64,000 nt of DNA from Eledone cirrhosa (Eukaryota): the NCBI GenBank assembly GCA_964016885.1, contig OZ024751.1, positions 11,966,001 through 12,030,000 of the forward strand, in the 5' to 3' direction. The position numbers were made by a program, and so were the translations under genes. Within the stretch, counting starts at the first letter, position 1. Every line of letters starts with the position of its first letter. The notes beneath the pieces are model-generated. The model made no database searches. It was not told where the DNA came from and saw nothing but the letters and a program-made list of their open reading frames with translations. Of this stretch, positions 17,775 through 31,155 are shown one piece after another.

Positions 17775-18082
17775 TATCAATCTATTTGCTTGGCTGTATA
17801 TTTATATATTTAAATAATAATCCATCTCACTCTCTCTTTCTCACTCCCCCTCTCTCTCTATTTCCCTCTTTCTCTCTATTTCCCTCTTTCTCTCTCTCTC
17901 TCTCTTTTATTCTTTCTCTTCCTTTCTCTTTCTATCATTCTGAAAAATCGACAAAAAAAAGCAACATTTCACATTTCAAGAGAAGACATTTTTTTCTCCT
18001 CTTCTTTAATATGCAGATTTGATTGAGTGATGGCATATTGTAATGTCTTCTATCATTTTTTTTTTGTTTCTTCTTTGCAATG

Positions 18083-18795
<713 letters not shown>

Positions 18796-18820
18796 GTGTA
18801 TGTATGTATGTATGTATGTA

Positions 18821-19270
18821 TATTCTTCTGGTTTTATAATTCATAAATATTTCCCAATAAAAAGAGCGCCGGTTTCTAACATAGACACAAGACTCTCTCA
18901 ATGGAATTTAAACATCACCTAGGTAGATGTGTATGAATATCTGCATGCATACATGCATGTGTGTGCAGGTATGGATGTTAATGTAAGTGTGCATGTGCTT
19001 ATGCTTTGTATCTGTACATGTATAAATGAAGTTATTCGATGCAGCATTTTTGGAATGCTTTACATATTTTTACTGTTCCGTTAATGGATTGTACTTGTAA
19101 TTTCCTAACTAGTTGTATTCTTTCTGTTCCTGTGAAGCCCAGCTTCTCTAGATTTGTACTGAGGCAGTTACTAACATATTCTAGTGCCCCAATAATCACA
19201 GGTATAAATCTAAATGTATAGTAATAGTGGAGTATCTGTAGATTTCTCATTAGTTCTGCATATATATTGT
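18821..19270 (-). mobile_element. R4/Dong-like RLE C-terminal remnant with 3' UTR
   Basis: IYAELMRNLQILHYYYTFRFIPVIIGAL..GTVKICKAF is homologous to the C-terminus of the 14509-15255 ORF; 3' end abuts (TACA)n. Confidence 0.8.
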
Positions 19271-19324
19271 ATTGGCATCTGCTGGGCAGATAACTTCCAC
19301 TACTTTGCATGCCTACTTTTCCCT

Positions 19325-19500
19325 TGGCAGTATCGGTAGAGAGTCGGACATACTTTCCAGCATAGTTACTTCCATTTACGATCTAAGTTCAAATTCCGCC
19401 GAGATTAACTTTGCCTTTCATCCTTACGGGGTCGATAAAATAAAGTACCAGTAATGCACTGGTAAATTGCTAGTCTTGTGCCAATAGTAGAAACAATTAT
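19325..19500 (+). mobile_element. tRNA-derived SINE
   Basis: A box, B box, body and tail present. Confidence 0.85.
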
Positions 19501-19701
19501 ATATGGTCTGTTATGTTTGCATTTTATTGTTTCATGAAGGAACATTCCACTAGTACTCTTTCATATTATATATGTATATGTCTTCCACATTGCTGTAATT
19601 ATTAATGTGTTTATTGTTGGGAATATCTTTTCTACGGATTGCATATATATGTATGTGTGTATATATGTATGTGTTTGTGTGTATGTATATATGTATGTGT
19701 G

Positions 19702-19772
<71 letters not shown>

Positions 19773-21024
19773 ACACTCACATACATACACACACACACTC
19801 ACATATATATGTGAGTGTATGTATATATGTAAGTGTGTATATATATATATACATATACGCCTATAGACACACACATATACACATATATTTGTTTCATTTC
19901 TCATAATTACAGTAGTAGTAGTAGTAGTAGTAATAATAGTTTTGTATGTAGCCTGAAATCAATTCAACATTAAGGTGAGATACTTTATATCTGTAGAGAG
20001 GAACTGTCGTAACATATCTGCCCAAAGCCACTCGTCCATTAATGAACGGGTTGAAAGGTTTTTCTTCTCTGAAGAACTCACTCCGAATCATTAGATATTT
20101 CATTTCTTTATGACACATTAACATTAAATGTTAATTCATTTTTTTCTGTTTTGTATTAACGTCTTTACTTAATTCATATAATTTATAGAAAATATACTTT
20201 CGTCGCGTCTCTTTCTAAGCTAGAACCCTATTTATCCAGAGTTCGAGACCTATGTGTTGCTCTTAAACGTTAAATTGCTTACCTCCGGGTCAAAGGGTTA
20301 GTTCGAGTTGAGCAAAGCAGGGCAGCTAAAACAAAAAAAAAATGAAATAAATAATAATAGTAATAATAATAACATAAATAATAACATAAATAACTATCAA
20401 AATCAAGATCAGCAACAAGAATAAGAACAATAAAAACAATAACAACAATGAACACAACTGTGACGAGAAAGATGGAAAATACCGACGAAGAAGGCGAGAA
20501 AAATAAAACAGGAACAAAAAAATCAATGAAAAACAATGAAGTAATTTTGTTGCTAAATTATTGGTCCATAGCTAGAGTTCTTGAACGAAGAATCAAATAC
20601 CAGCCCAGCGGTGATATAATAATGACATTTACAAGTCACATATCATGTCAAAGAGCAAACTTGAAAGGACCTAATTTAATCAAGGAATTTCGGAAATCGA
20701 TGACTACTGCTAGAGATCAAAAGAACTGCAGAATTCGATAATGATAATCGTTGTTCGGAATTGATTGGAATGAAGACGAAATGAACGCAACGGTGTTATT
20801 GTTCGCATCAATACTTTTGTTAAATATACTGCGAATGAGTGTATAAATTTATTGGCTGCAAGATACTCAGTGACAAGATCGAATCCTGTCTCTCACATTG
20901 GCACCCTGGCGTGTCATATTTTTATTTTATTATATCCGTTGTTGTTTATTTCTTTTATTTATTTTTCGATGTAAATATCATGACTGAAACTCTGTTATTC
21001 CAAACAAATAGACATATCGGATAT

Positions 21025-21312
21025 TCTTAGTTCTTAGGTTCTTCCACGCCTTTCGGCACATCGAGCAGTAAGTAGTCGCCAATGATCACGATCAGCGGCG
21101 GCGTTTTCACGTCATCAAGTGGAGTCAGTTCATCGCTGTTTTCAAGTGTCGTTCGTTGGGCAGGCACAGAATATGCGTTGAGCTCCAGCCACCGTTGGCG
21201 ATCAACTTCATTGATTTCCAGAAGTCATTCTACAGTGTGCATCGGGAATCGATGTGTAATATCGTGCACTTGTACGGCATTCCTGCAAGATTCATTGCCA
21301 TCTTTATATCGG
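21025..21312. mobile_element. RTE-group LINE remnant: RT fragment (+) joined to a 3' end (-)
   Basis: LAINFIDFQKSFYSVHRES..YGIP (FxDFxKAFDSV-like RT motif); minus-strand end tgtgccgaaaggcgtggaagaacctaagaactaag. Confidence 0.6.
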
Positions 21313-21734
21313 ACATAAGAAACAACATTTTCATTAATCATTCAATTTATGACACTATTTTCTGTCCGTAATTCCTGGCAGACGTAAGTGGGATTTGAAC
21401 TCAGAATGTAAAATGCAAAAACAGTTACTGCAAAGAATACGGCCCGACTTTTAAACAATTCTACCAAGAAAATGCACCTAGGACTTCCATTTATTGACAG
21501 ACGGAGAGTTGTGATCTAAAGGAGTTGCGATCCGGAACATAAACCGACGCATTTAATCCGGCTTTGTCACATGTAAAACGGAAAATATTCATAATCATTT
21601 TCAATATCTACATATAATATATAGTTACAAGTTAATGACATTGAGATTTTTATCGTTTGGTATGCTATGGTATGGTCCCATAAACCCTGGGAGAGTCGGG
21701 GAGGCACCGTACTAAAGTACGGTGTTTCTTGGGT

Positions 21735-21784
<50 letters not shown>

Positions 21785-21807
21785 ATATATTTACAGTGGT
21801 GGCTTTG

Positions 21808-21911
21808 TTCGGATCTAGCTGTCGAAACGACCGTATCTCAGCCGTCGGGGTCCTGAATCTTTCCATATTACCCACTCTACTACCCCAAGTATCGAGTACA
21901 CCATATTTGTT
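21808..21911 (+). mobile_element. Family A PLE end fragment (second subfamily)
   Basis: cggatctagctgtcgaaacg..ctcagccgtcggggtcctg..attacccactctactacccc. Confidence 0.7.
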
Positions 21912-22239
21912 ATATATAGATATATATATATATTTATATATATATGTTAAATATTTGTATAGAAGGTATGGCCTTGCATGTACATATACATACGTACAAA
22001 CATATGAGATGATAACCTTCAGCACACTGGCATGGAGGAAAAAAACTAACACACAGACTCAGAGATAGAATACGTTACTCCATTGTCTAACAGTAATGGC
22101 GTCTAATTACATGCATCACATAGAAACAAATTAAGCTGGCATCTGAACACAGCTGAACAGAGATGTGAGGACACAAGGTTGACTTGACTAAATCTCATTC
22201 TCTACTATCATGGCAATAACTATCGAAACACGAGTTTAT

Positions 22240-22892
22240 ACACATGCACATACGCACACATGCACATCCGCACTCACGCACATACGCGTTCACACGCATA
22301 CATGTGCACATACATAGACTTACACACACCTACGTGCACATACGCACTCACACACATGCATTTTCACCTATATGCACTTACACATATATACATGTAATTG
22401 CACACACTCACACATATACATGCACATACATACACATACACACATGCAGCAACACACAAACCCATGCACATACATTTACACACATGCACATGCACACGCA
22501 CACATAAACACATGCACATACACACAAATACGTACACACATGCACATGCATAAAACCACATACATGCACACTTGCACATGCATACATCGTGTCTCTATAA
22601 AACTAAATGCTGTTTAAATGGTGAAGCGAATCTGACAACATTTAACATGTCACAGAAATGTCACACGCACATACACACACGCATACGCGAACACATACAC
22701 ACGTAAATACAGTCACACATATACACACAAGCGTACACACCGATATACATGCATGCACACAGATACACTCACACACATGCACATGCATACCGTATCACAA
22801 GCGTTATCACACATACACACACATAAACACACGGACACATACCATCACAAGCGTTATATCACACACACACATGCACACACACGCATGCACAC

Positions 22893-22931
<39 letters not shown>

Positions 22932-22950
22932 CACACATGCACACACTCCA
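22240..22950. repeat. Degenerate (CA)n/(CATA)n tract
   Basis: Direct reading. Confidence 0.85.
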
Positions 22951-23015
22951 TCACTAGTGTTATATCATACACACATAGACGCCATAATATAGTTTCATAT
23001 CACGCATTCACTAAA

Positions 23016-23296
23016 TAATTGTTGGCACAAGGCCAGCAATTTACCAGTACATTACTGGTACTTTATTTTATCGACCCCGTAAGGATGAAAGGCAAAGTTA
23101 ACCTCGACGGGATTTGAACTTCACTAAATAATTGTTTCTACCTTTGGCACAAGGCCAGCAATTTCCTAGTACATTACTGGTACTTTATTTTATCGGCCCC
23201 GTAAGGATGAAAGGCAAAGTTAACCTCGGCGGGATTTGAACTCAGATCGTAAAGGGACGTAACTACACTGGAAAGCATGTCTGACCATCTGCCAAT
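23016..23296 (-). mobile_element. SINE with tandemly duplicated 3' half
   Basis: Two consecutive reverse-complement SINE bodies, each preceded by tcactaaataattgtt. Confidence 0.8.
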
Positions 23297-23634
23297 AATG
23301 AAGATATCTTTTTTTATTTTTCGTTTTTTTATTTTGTACATAATATTTATTTTAATATTGAAGAACCAAAACAAAAAAACAATATTATTTCAAGATTGTG
23401 TAAAGATGTCAGTTGTAACATGTCTCAAAGTAAAAATTAAACCAACAACAGTGAGACTCAGAGATATGCTATCAATGTATTTGTTATGATATGACGTGCC
23501 AATTGTACTGGAGTAAATTTCTTGTTGGGACATTTGAACTGATATGTTTGGACGGGCAGGATTTAGAACATGGCTTACTCTAATAGCTCTAGTTCCCGGC
23601 ATTCTCATTTTCTGTCACTTTCTGTCTATCTTGT

Positions 23635-23692
<58 letters not shown>

Positions 23693-23783
23693 CGAAGGAA
23701 ATGTGGTAAGGAACCAGGTGGACCATAACGCACCAAAGTACTCAATACTTAGGGTAGTAGAGTGGGTAATAGGAACGAGTAGG

Positions 23784-23879
23784 ACTCCGACGTCTGAGCT
23801 CAAGCCGTTTCGACGGCTAATTCTGGACTAAATGAAAATGTTTATCCTGGTATATGAATAGCCGAGCTTCTCAGGGGTA
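23784..23879 (-). ncRNA. Atypical hammerhead ribozyme candidate in the PLE pseudo-LTR
   Basis: accc-CUGAGA-ag..cggcuauuc..gaauuagccg-uc-GAAA-cggc-uugagcuca-g(a/c)cgUC-gg(a/g)gu. Confidence 0.55.
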
Positions 23880-24982
23880 ATTCCATATATGGCAAAAGTT
23901 ATTGTCACAAGGATTGTTCAAAAGTTTGTTGTTGAAACCCATAATTCTATCAAGGCAATTTATGGAAGGAAGGGGTAGCTGAACCTGCCAGTAGAAGAAA
24001 GAGGGAGAGGGAGTGGAGGAAACCCAGTCGTGCGTTGATAGTGCCAACTACAGCAGGGCAGGAGGTCAAGCCAGTATAGTAGGGAGGGGGAGGAAGTCGA
24101 AACAATAAGTAAAACAATATAGAGTAAATATATAGAAGAATACCACAAATGTTAGAAATATATAAAAACAATTTTTTAGTTACTATTCCCTAACGACAGT
24201 CATCAAGTCTCTCACTTGTACTGCTAAACTATAGAAAAGTTTACTAGGTGGGACGGAATTGTAATGAGACCATTTTAAGAGTTAGTAGTAATCAACCGAG
24301 TATATCTTACGGTGACGGGTCAACAAGTGGGGGCCAAAATACTAAAGAAACTACCACGAAATAATAATTGAGAGTCCCGAAACCAATACGAAATAATTGT
24401 TTCCACCCTAGGCACAAGGCCAGCAACCACCCAGCACAAAAAATAAACTAATACGAAATAATAATTCAGAATCCCGAAAATGAATACTATCTCTAAGGCT
24501 GCCGCTACGATACAAAAATTCTAGCGCAAACTACATAAATACTCGTACGAAGTATATGAAAGATTTGATACGGAAAATTAATTCAGAATCCCCCCGCCAA
24601 AAAAAAAAAATACTGATATTCGAGAAATTAAAGCAGAGATACCACTAAAAAATGTAAAAAGCACGGAAATGGGGCAGCCATCGGATAAGAAAGCAAGTAT
24701 CTGGGGTCAATCACATCTGCTATAAAAAGCGGAGTCGGCCAATTCTATCATAGAATAGGGGATGGGGGTGGGGGTACTGAGGCTACAAAGGACCGAGGGG
24801 CTGCCTCGGGTGGGCGAGAAAGTGAAAAGGACGACGACAAAGAAGGAGGACTGGGGTGGAAGGACTAGGAAGGGATGGGGGAAGAAGGAAATATAGAGGA
24901 AACGATAAAAAGATATAAAAGAAGATCTTACGTCTACCTCTGCAAGTAGGGGTTACCCATTACAAAGTCGGCAAGTGGAGTG

Positions 24983-25220
24983 TTACAGCCCTTGTTTACC
25001 CCCCCCCCCTTCCGGGTCATTGTGGGGTTTGAGGGCGAGGTAAGTCCTACGCAATCTGTGTTTGCATGCAGTTACCAGTTCGTCTTTCTTGTTTAGGAGT
25101 TGGTCCGTCGAAAACAGCATTTGTAAAGTTTCCTCTGAGCATAAATTGCACGGGCGGCGTCCTCCCGTGTAAGAGTTGGCTCTGGACAGTAAGCTCCAAG
25201 TGAGATCATAGGTAATATGA
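24983..25220 (-). pseudogene. C-terminal remnant of PLE GIY-YIG endonuclease
   Basis: Hand translation TYDLTWSLLSRANSYTGGRRPCNLCSEETLQMLFSTDQLLNKKDELVTACKHRL aligns with the end of the 58152-59870 element. Confidence 0.8.
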
Positions 25221-25929
25221 ATTAATTTTCCGTATCAGATTTTTCATATACTTCGTACGAGTATTTATGTAGTTTGCACTAGAATTTTTGTTTCGTAGCG
25301 GCAGCCTTAGAGATAGTATTCATTTTCGGGATTCTGGATTATTATTTCGTATTAGTTTATTTTTTGTACTGGGTGGTTGCTGGCCTTGTGCCTGATGTGG
25401 AAACATTTATTTCGTATTAGTTTCGGGACTCTGAATTATTATTTCGTGGTAGTTTCTTTAGTATTTTGGCCCCCCACTTGTTGACCTGTCACCGTAAGAT
25501 ATACTCGGTTGATTACTACTAACTCTTAAAATGGTCTCATTACAATTCCGTCCCACTTAGTAAACTATTCTATAGTTTAGCAGTACCAGTGAGAGACTTG
25601 ATGACTGTCGTTAGGGAATAGTAACCAGAAATTGCTTTTTTATATTTTTAATATTCTTGGTATTCTTCTATATATTTACTCTACATTGATTTACTTATTG
25701 TTTCGACTTCCTCCCCCTCCCCTCCCTAATATACTGGCTTGACCTCCTGCCCTGCTGTAGTTGGCACTATCAACGCACGACTGGGTTTCCTCCACTCCCT
25801 CTCCCTCTTTCTTCTACTGGCAGGTTCAGCTACCCCTTCCTTCCACAAATTGCCTTGATAGAATTATGTGTCTCAACCACAAACTTTTGAACAATCCTTG
25901 TGACAATCACTTTTACCAGATATGGAATT

Positions 25930-26024
25930 ACCCCCTGAGAAGCTCGGCTATTCATATACCAGGATAAAAATTTCATTTAGTCCAGAATTAGCCGTCGAGA
26001 CGGCTTGAACTCAGCCGTCTAGGT
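25930..26024 (+). ncRNA. Second, mutated copy of the atypical hammerhead
   Basis: Same layout as 23784-23879 but GAAA changed to GAGA. Confidence 0.4.
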
Positions 26025-26034
26025 CCTACTCGTT

Positions 26035-26080
<46 letters not shown>

Positions 26081-26083
<3 letters not shown>

Positions 26084-26235
26084 AAGAAATTAAAAGATGG
26101 TTAAAAAAGTTCCATATATTGTATTATGCGCATTTCGAAAACAACATCATCCTGGGAAAAAAATTCTGTGCTCATCAGATAAAATAAGTTAACATGATAT
26201 GAAGCCTAAAAACACTTGTGAACAAGAAAGTGTCT
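26081..26235 (-). mobile_element. Family C ~155-bp HHR-bearing element (probable PLE end)
   Basis: Homologous to 30527-30682 and 34513-34672; minus-strand CUGAUGA..GAAA-UGCGCA-UA at 26117-26186. Confidence 0.7.
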
Positions 26236-26385
26236 ACTTTTTTAACGATCTTTTAATTTCTTTATATATACTCCAGTTCTACCAACTGTTGAGAGATACT
26301 TATCTGATATATGCGTGGTTTTATTGTTCAACAATATTACTCACCTCCTACATATATATATGTATGTATATATATATATATATAT

Positions 26386-26427
26386 AAGAAGCAGGACCCC
26401 GGCTGAGCTCTTGCCGTTTCGACGATT
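26386..26427 (-). mobile_element. Very short family A fragment
   Basis: caggaccccggctgagctcttgccgtttcgacg between TA runs. Confidence 0.55.
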
Positions 26428-26436
26428 GTATATATA

Positions 26437-27481
26437 TTGTCAAAGTTCTTTCGTCTCACATTCTGTGACCTCTTCAGTCACTGGGGATTCTTTTCTTTGT
26501 TTTTGTGCCTCTCCTTTGTTCTGTCCTACGCCATCTCGTTTTTTTTTGTGTGTTGTGTGCTTAGTTTGCGCATGTGTTACATCCGGGTGTCTGTGTGTGT
26601 TTATATTTGTTTATTTACATGTTACTGGTTGGTTGTTTGTTCTATGTGTGTGTGTGTGTTTTCATTCTGTCCTTAATTGTAAGTTGTGATGTTGCTATTC
26701 CATTCATGTTTTTCTATTTAATTTTGGTTGGAGGTCATTTATATTTATTGCCTCTGTGACTTGTCTAAACATTGCGTCTTTTCTGTGTGTAGATTCTATT
26801 TTTATTTCTATGTTCTCTAATTTACCCTTATGTTCTATTGTAACATGTTGGTGGAGTACAAATGATTCTTTTCTATCTTGAAGCTCTCGCCAGTGTTCAT
26901 TTATCCGTTCTCCTATACTACGAACTGTCTCACCTATGTACACTATATTCTTATCTCTACATTGTCCTTCAGTACATCTTATGCTATATACTTCATTTCT
27001 AGTTTTACAGTTAATATGGGGGCTTAGTTTACAGATTATACATTTCTCATCTATACAGGGAGGTCTTTGAAAAGGGTATTATTGCTAATAAGTGTTTTTA
27101 TGGAGGTACCTGGTCTTTCTACTATCTTAATATTGAGTTTATGTTTATCTAGGGCCCTTCTAAATTTGTAAGCTAATTCACCTCTAGGGGTTGTATTGAT
27201 GAACATTACACTCTGGTATTTATTGCTATCATACCATGAGTTTATTCAATTAACCTTATTCATAGTTCTTTCTATTCTATTCCAAAATTTGCTCCTGTAC
27301 AAGGGGCAGGTCCCATTTGTATCATTATTTACCATGTTTTCCCATTTGCTTCTGGTTCCGCTATATACTCTGATTTTATATCTCTGATTGTAACCAGAGA
27401 ACTGCATACGGTGGATGAAGTGTTGTATGTGTCTCTCTAGTACTTTGGGGTTGCACATGCGGCACACGTTTCTCATCACCG
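26437..27481 (-). mobile_element. Penelope-like element 3' part (RT thumb, Cys-rich linker, GIY-YIG; Neptune-like), pseudogenised
   Basis: VY..C..YIGETVRSIGERINEH..H..H..RQVTEA..I..P.LN; CxxxxCxxC linker; in-frame stop and frameshift. Confidence 0.8.
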
Positions 27482-28206
27482 GTGATGTCATGTGGTACTC
27501 GTTAATCTATTGTACTTAATTCGAAACTTACGGTGCCCTACATATGTAGTGTTTTACCTGAATGTTGGCCTGCATAATCACTGTCTTGCACATGTATTAC
27601 CTTGCACTTGTAGTAGCTTGCACATGTAATAGCCTGCATGTCTGTTAATAATGTGTGTTAATCCGTCACACGCTTTATCACCATCACGTGATCCATGCTT
27701 GTTTGCAGAAGAGTTCATTCTGTTGCAATATTTCGCACTAAAACCCAATTTAAATCTAACTTCGCCATCATTATAAACATTCCTGGAATCTCCTATGAAT
27801 ACAATGAGACGGGAGTATTCACCAACCTCTAGAACAAGCGATATATATCTGAAAGACACAGAAGTCTACACACAAAATCTCCAACTAATAAGCGTTGCCT
27901 TCATTTTTGCTAATGCTTTTCATCTTTTTCTTGAGATGAAAATATTATATTACATAATATGCTGACGGAACTATACCGAAAAAATGCCTAAAACGTTACT
28001 TCAGGGTATCGAAGATTTAAAACCAGTTTACAAGGAGATTAAAATGTAAACAAATAAAAATTAAAATAAAATAAAATGTAAACAGGGAAACTAAATTCTG
28101 GGAATCCTTGCAAATACATAATATTCCTCATATTTCTACGAATCCAGTTAAAATATATTACAGTTTAGTAAATCTGAAATCTGATTCTTTAAATTCAAAA
28201 TCATTA

Positions 28207-28328
<122 letters not shown>

Positions 28329-29156
28329 TCGTATACAAATGTTTATATATATATATATATATACACACAGACACGTATATATGCGTGTGTGTGTATTCGA
28401 GTATGTGTTTGTGATTTTTATATTTTTTTTATATTACATAGCAAATGATAAATAGATAAGAATGCTTGTAAACATGTACATAGGTGTGTAATACTTGTGT
28501 GTCTATATGCATTTATAAAGCCGAGTGCGTGCATTTGTATCTAAACACCAAAGATTCATACACACAGTCTTTCCTGTTTTACATCAAGAAAAAATATTAT
28601 TCAATATTCTTTTATACTAATTGTATAATATGAAACGTTGCCGCTAGGATAACTACCATTAACACAGCCATCATCCTCCTCATCAACATCATCATAAATA
28701 TCATCACCAGCATCATCATCAATATCATCATCGTCATAAATATCATCTTTCCGTGTTGGACGGGTTCTCACTACCCGAGAGTATTTTGTTCGGATAACTC
28801 TGTTATCCTCAAATGTTCCATATCATGACGGAGTTTCTGTAGTTGGAAATCTTTCTTTAACTCCAACCACTTTACATAATCTATTGGCTACTTTTAACGT
28901 GACTCCAACAATACGACTTAACAGAGTGTTATGGGTAAATTTGCGTGGTAGCATCACAACCACATTAGTCAGTGTACTAGGGTCGTTTTATAATGGCACC
29001 ATTACTAAGGAAAACGTCATATTTTTGTCAAAATCAACAGACCAGTTTATCCTATATTGTTTTCGTTTCAGTAATTTCTAATCAATAACCGGAGGAAAAG
29101 TGTATCAACATCCATGTTAGAGATCTATATGAAGGCATATATGTTTATTTATGATA

Positions 29157-29202
<46 letters not shown>

Positions 29203-29458
29203 GGATCCTCTACTGGTTAGGAGTCATCAAAACCACGTTTTATTGAACCTGATTTTATATATATATATATATATATATATTATGTGTATATATATATGTA
29301 TATATTTTATGTATATATATATATATATATGTATTTTATATATATGTGTGTATGTATATTTTATATGTGTATGTATTTTATGTGTGTATGTATTTTGTGT
29401 GTATGTATATATTTTATGTATATATATATTTTATATATATGTATATTTTATGTATATA

Positions 29459-29491
<33 letters not shown>

Positions 29492-30101
29492 CTTGTGCGT
29501 ACATATGTGCGTACACACCTGTATGGATTTGTGTGTGTAGATGTGTCTGTCTCTGAGGGGGTAGGTGTGAGTGTATGTACAAGTCAACCAACAAGCCTTT
29601 TATTTCTAAATTTTCTAAACTATCTAAGTATTGGACTCTAACCATTATTTTAAGTATTACCACCCCACATTAATTCCTCAATTTGTATGTGTGGATGTGT
29701 GTGTGTGTCTCTAGAGGTGGGTGTGAGTGTACGTGCAAGCCAACCTACATAAGTCTTTTTATTTGTAAATTTTCTACTCTAACCATAATTTTCAGTAGCC
29801 CATAAATTGCTCAATTTAAGAATCACCTGTAGTATCTATTTCATACTATTAACCTTAATATATATCTGACCAGGAATGCTTTTTGTGAAAATCAGTCATA
29901 TGGAACTATTGTCATCTTGCCTGATGGTTTGAACTTTACAACACCACCTGCCTCTTTGAGGTCAAATACCAATCCTACTAGCATCTACAAACTGACCAAT
30001 GAGAATTAAGACTATTCCTGCTGACAACATTAAATTATTCCTAACAAGCACATATGTCCCAAGGTTGGGACATATGAGCTGGCATATCTAAGAACTGACT
30101 A

Positions 30102-30157
30102 ACTGCCTGATGAGGTCATAGCCATTCAATGGCTATCATCGAAATATATATAGCAGT
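30102..30157 (+). ncRNA. Type I hammerhead ribozyme (same family as 13189-13243)
   Basis: acugc-CUGAUGA-ggucauagcca-uucaa-uggcuaucauc-GAAA-uauauaua-gcagu. Confidence 0.8.
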
Positions 30158-30489
30158 AAATAAAGGATTATGAGTTCATGCAATTGACTTATGTTTCGTC
30201 AATATATATATCTATAAGTAGAAGGGGTATTTGATTTGTTGGAAGTCCGAAAATATAAATGTTTATAACTGATTTAGAGCACTCAACAGCTTACTGGAGT
30301 AAATATTCAATGATATTAAATAAATGGAAACTATATTTATAAAACCATATTTATTTTATTATATATATTTCAAGGGTACCAAGACAACATTTGTACGCTT
30401 TCATCAGATAAAAAACAAAGTTTGTTTTATAAATAGAGACATACCCATGAAAATCATACCTTATCGGTTGGAAATTTACTGGATATCCA

Positions 30490-30526
<37 letters not shown>

Positions 30527-30530
<4 letters not shown>

Positions 30531-30682
30531 ATCAAAAGATGGTTAAAAGAGTTCTATGTATTTTATTATGCGCATTTCAAAAACAAATATCATCATGGGA
30601 TGATATTTGCGTTCTCATCAGATAAAATAGGGAGACATGATATGAAGCTTAAAAAAAACTTGCGAGCAGTGAAGTGTTAAAT
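30527..30682 (-). mobile_element. Family C HHR-bearing element
   Basis: Near-identical to 34513-34672; TA-flanked. Confidence 0.75.
30559..30629 (-). ncRNA. Type I hammerhead ribozyme (family C)
   Basis: uauuuuau-CUGAUGA-gaacgcaaauaucauc..gaugauauuuguuuuu-GAAA-UGCGCA-UA-auaaaaua; 8-bp stem I, palindromic stem III. Confidence 0.8.
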
Positions 30683-30684
30683 TT

Positions 30685-30723
<39 letters not shown>

Positions 30724-30841
30724 TCACTACGATTTTAGCTGTGATCATGACATAGCTACTGTTAGAGTATCATGTTTGTAATCCATCACCTGTGATGTTT
30801 ACTTACTCAGAGCTGAGACAAATTCAGGTTTTGACATAAGT

Positions 30842-30910
<69 letters not shown>

Positions 30911-30932
30911 GAGGAGGTTTGAGACCATTACT

Positions 30933-30970
30933 TCCCTCCGAAGAAGAGATATTATCTCGAAAATTAAGGA
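30933..30970 (+). ncRNA. Minimal hammerhead variant (CCGAAGA core)
   Basis: ccu-CCGAAGA-agagau-auu-aucuc-GAAA-aUUA-agg; related degenerate copy near 35755-35790. Confidence 0.5.
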
Positions 30971-31083
30971 CATCTAAATAAATTCAAGGTGAAAGACGAT
31001 TTCACATCAATATCTTTCACTATTGCATTATTTTTTCTATGTCCATACCTGCATTGTCTTGGCCTTATTACACATATTCTAAC

Positions 31084-31155
<72 letters not shown>

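Larger units (their letters stand above)
23691..26039 (-). mobile_element. 5'-truncated Hydra-type Penelope-like element with inverted partial pseudo-LTR
   Basis: Arms 23769-24585 and 25218-26039 are inverted copies; spacer encodes the endonuclease C-terminus; 78-nt tail 23691-23768; (TA)n on both sides. Confidence 0.85.

Noticed and set aside
20287-20299. gggtcaaagggtt nuclear-receptor DR1-like site
   Set aside because: Single short motif, expected by chance in 64 kb
29520-29790. Diverged ~170-bp tandem duplication
   Set aside because: Ordinary local duplication with no structural or coding signal
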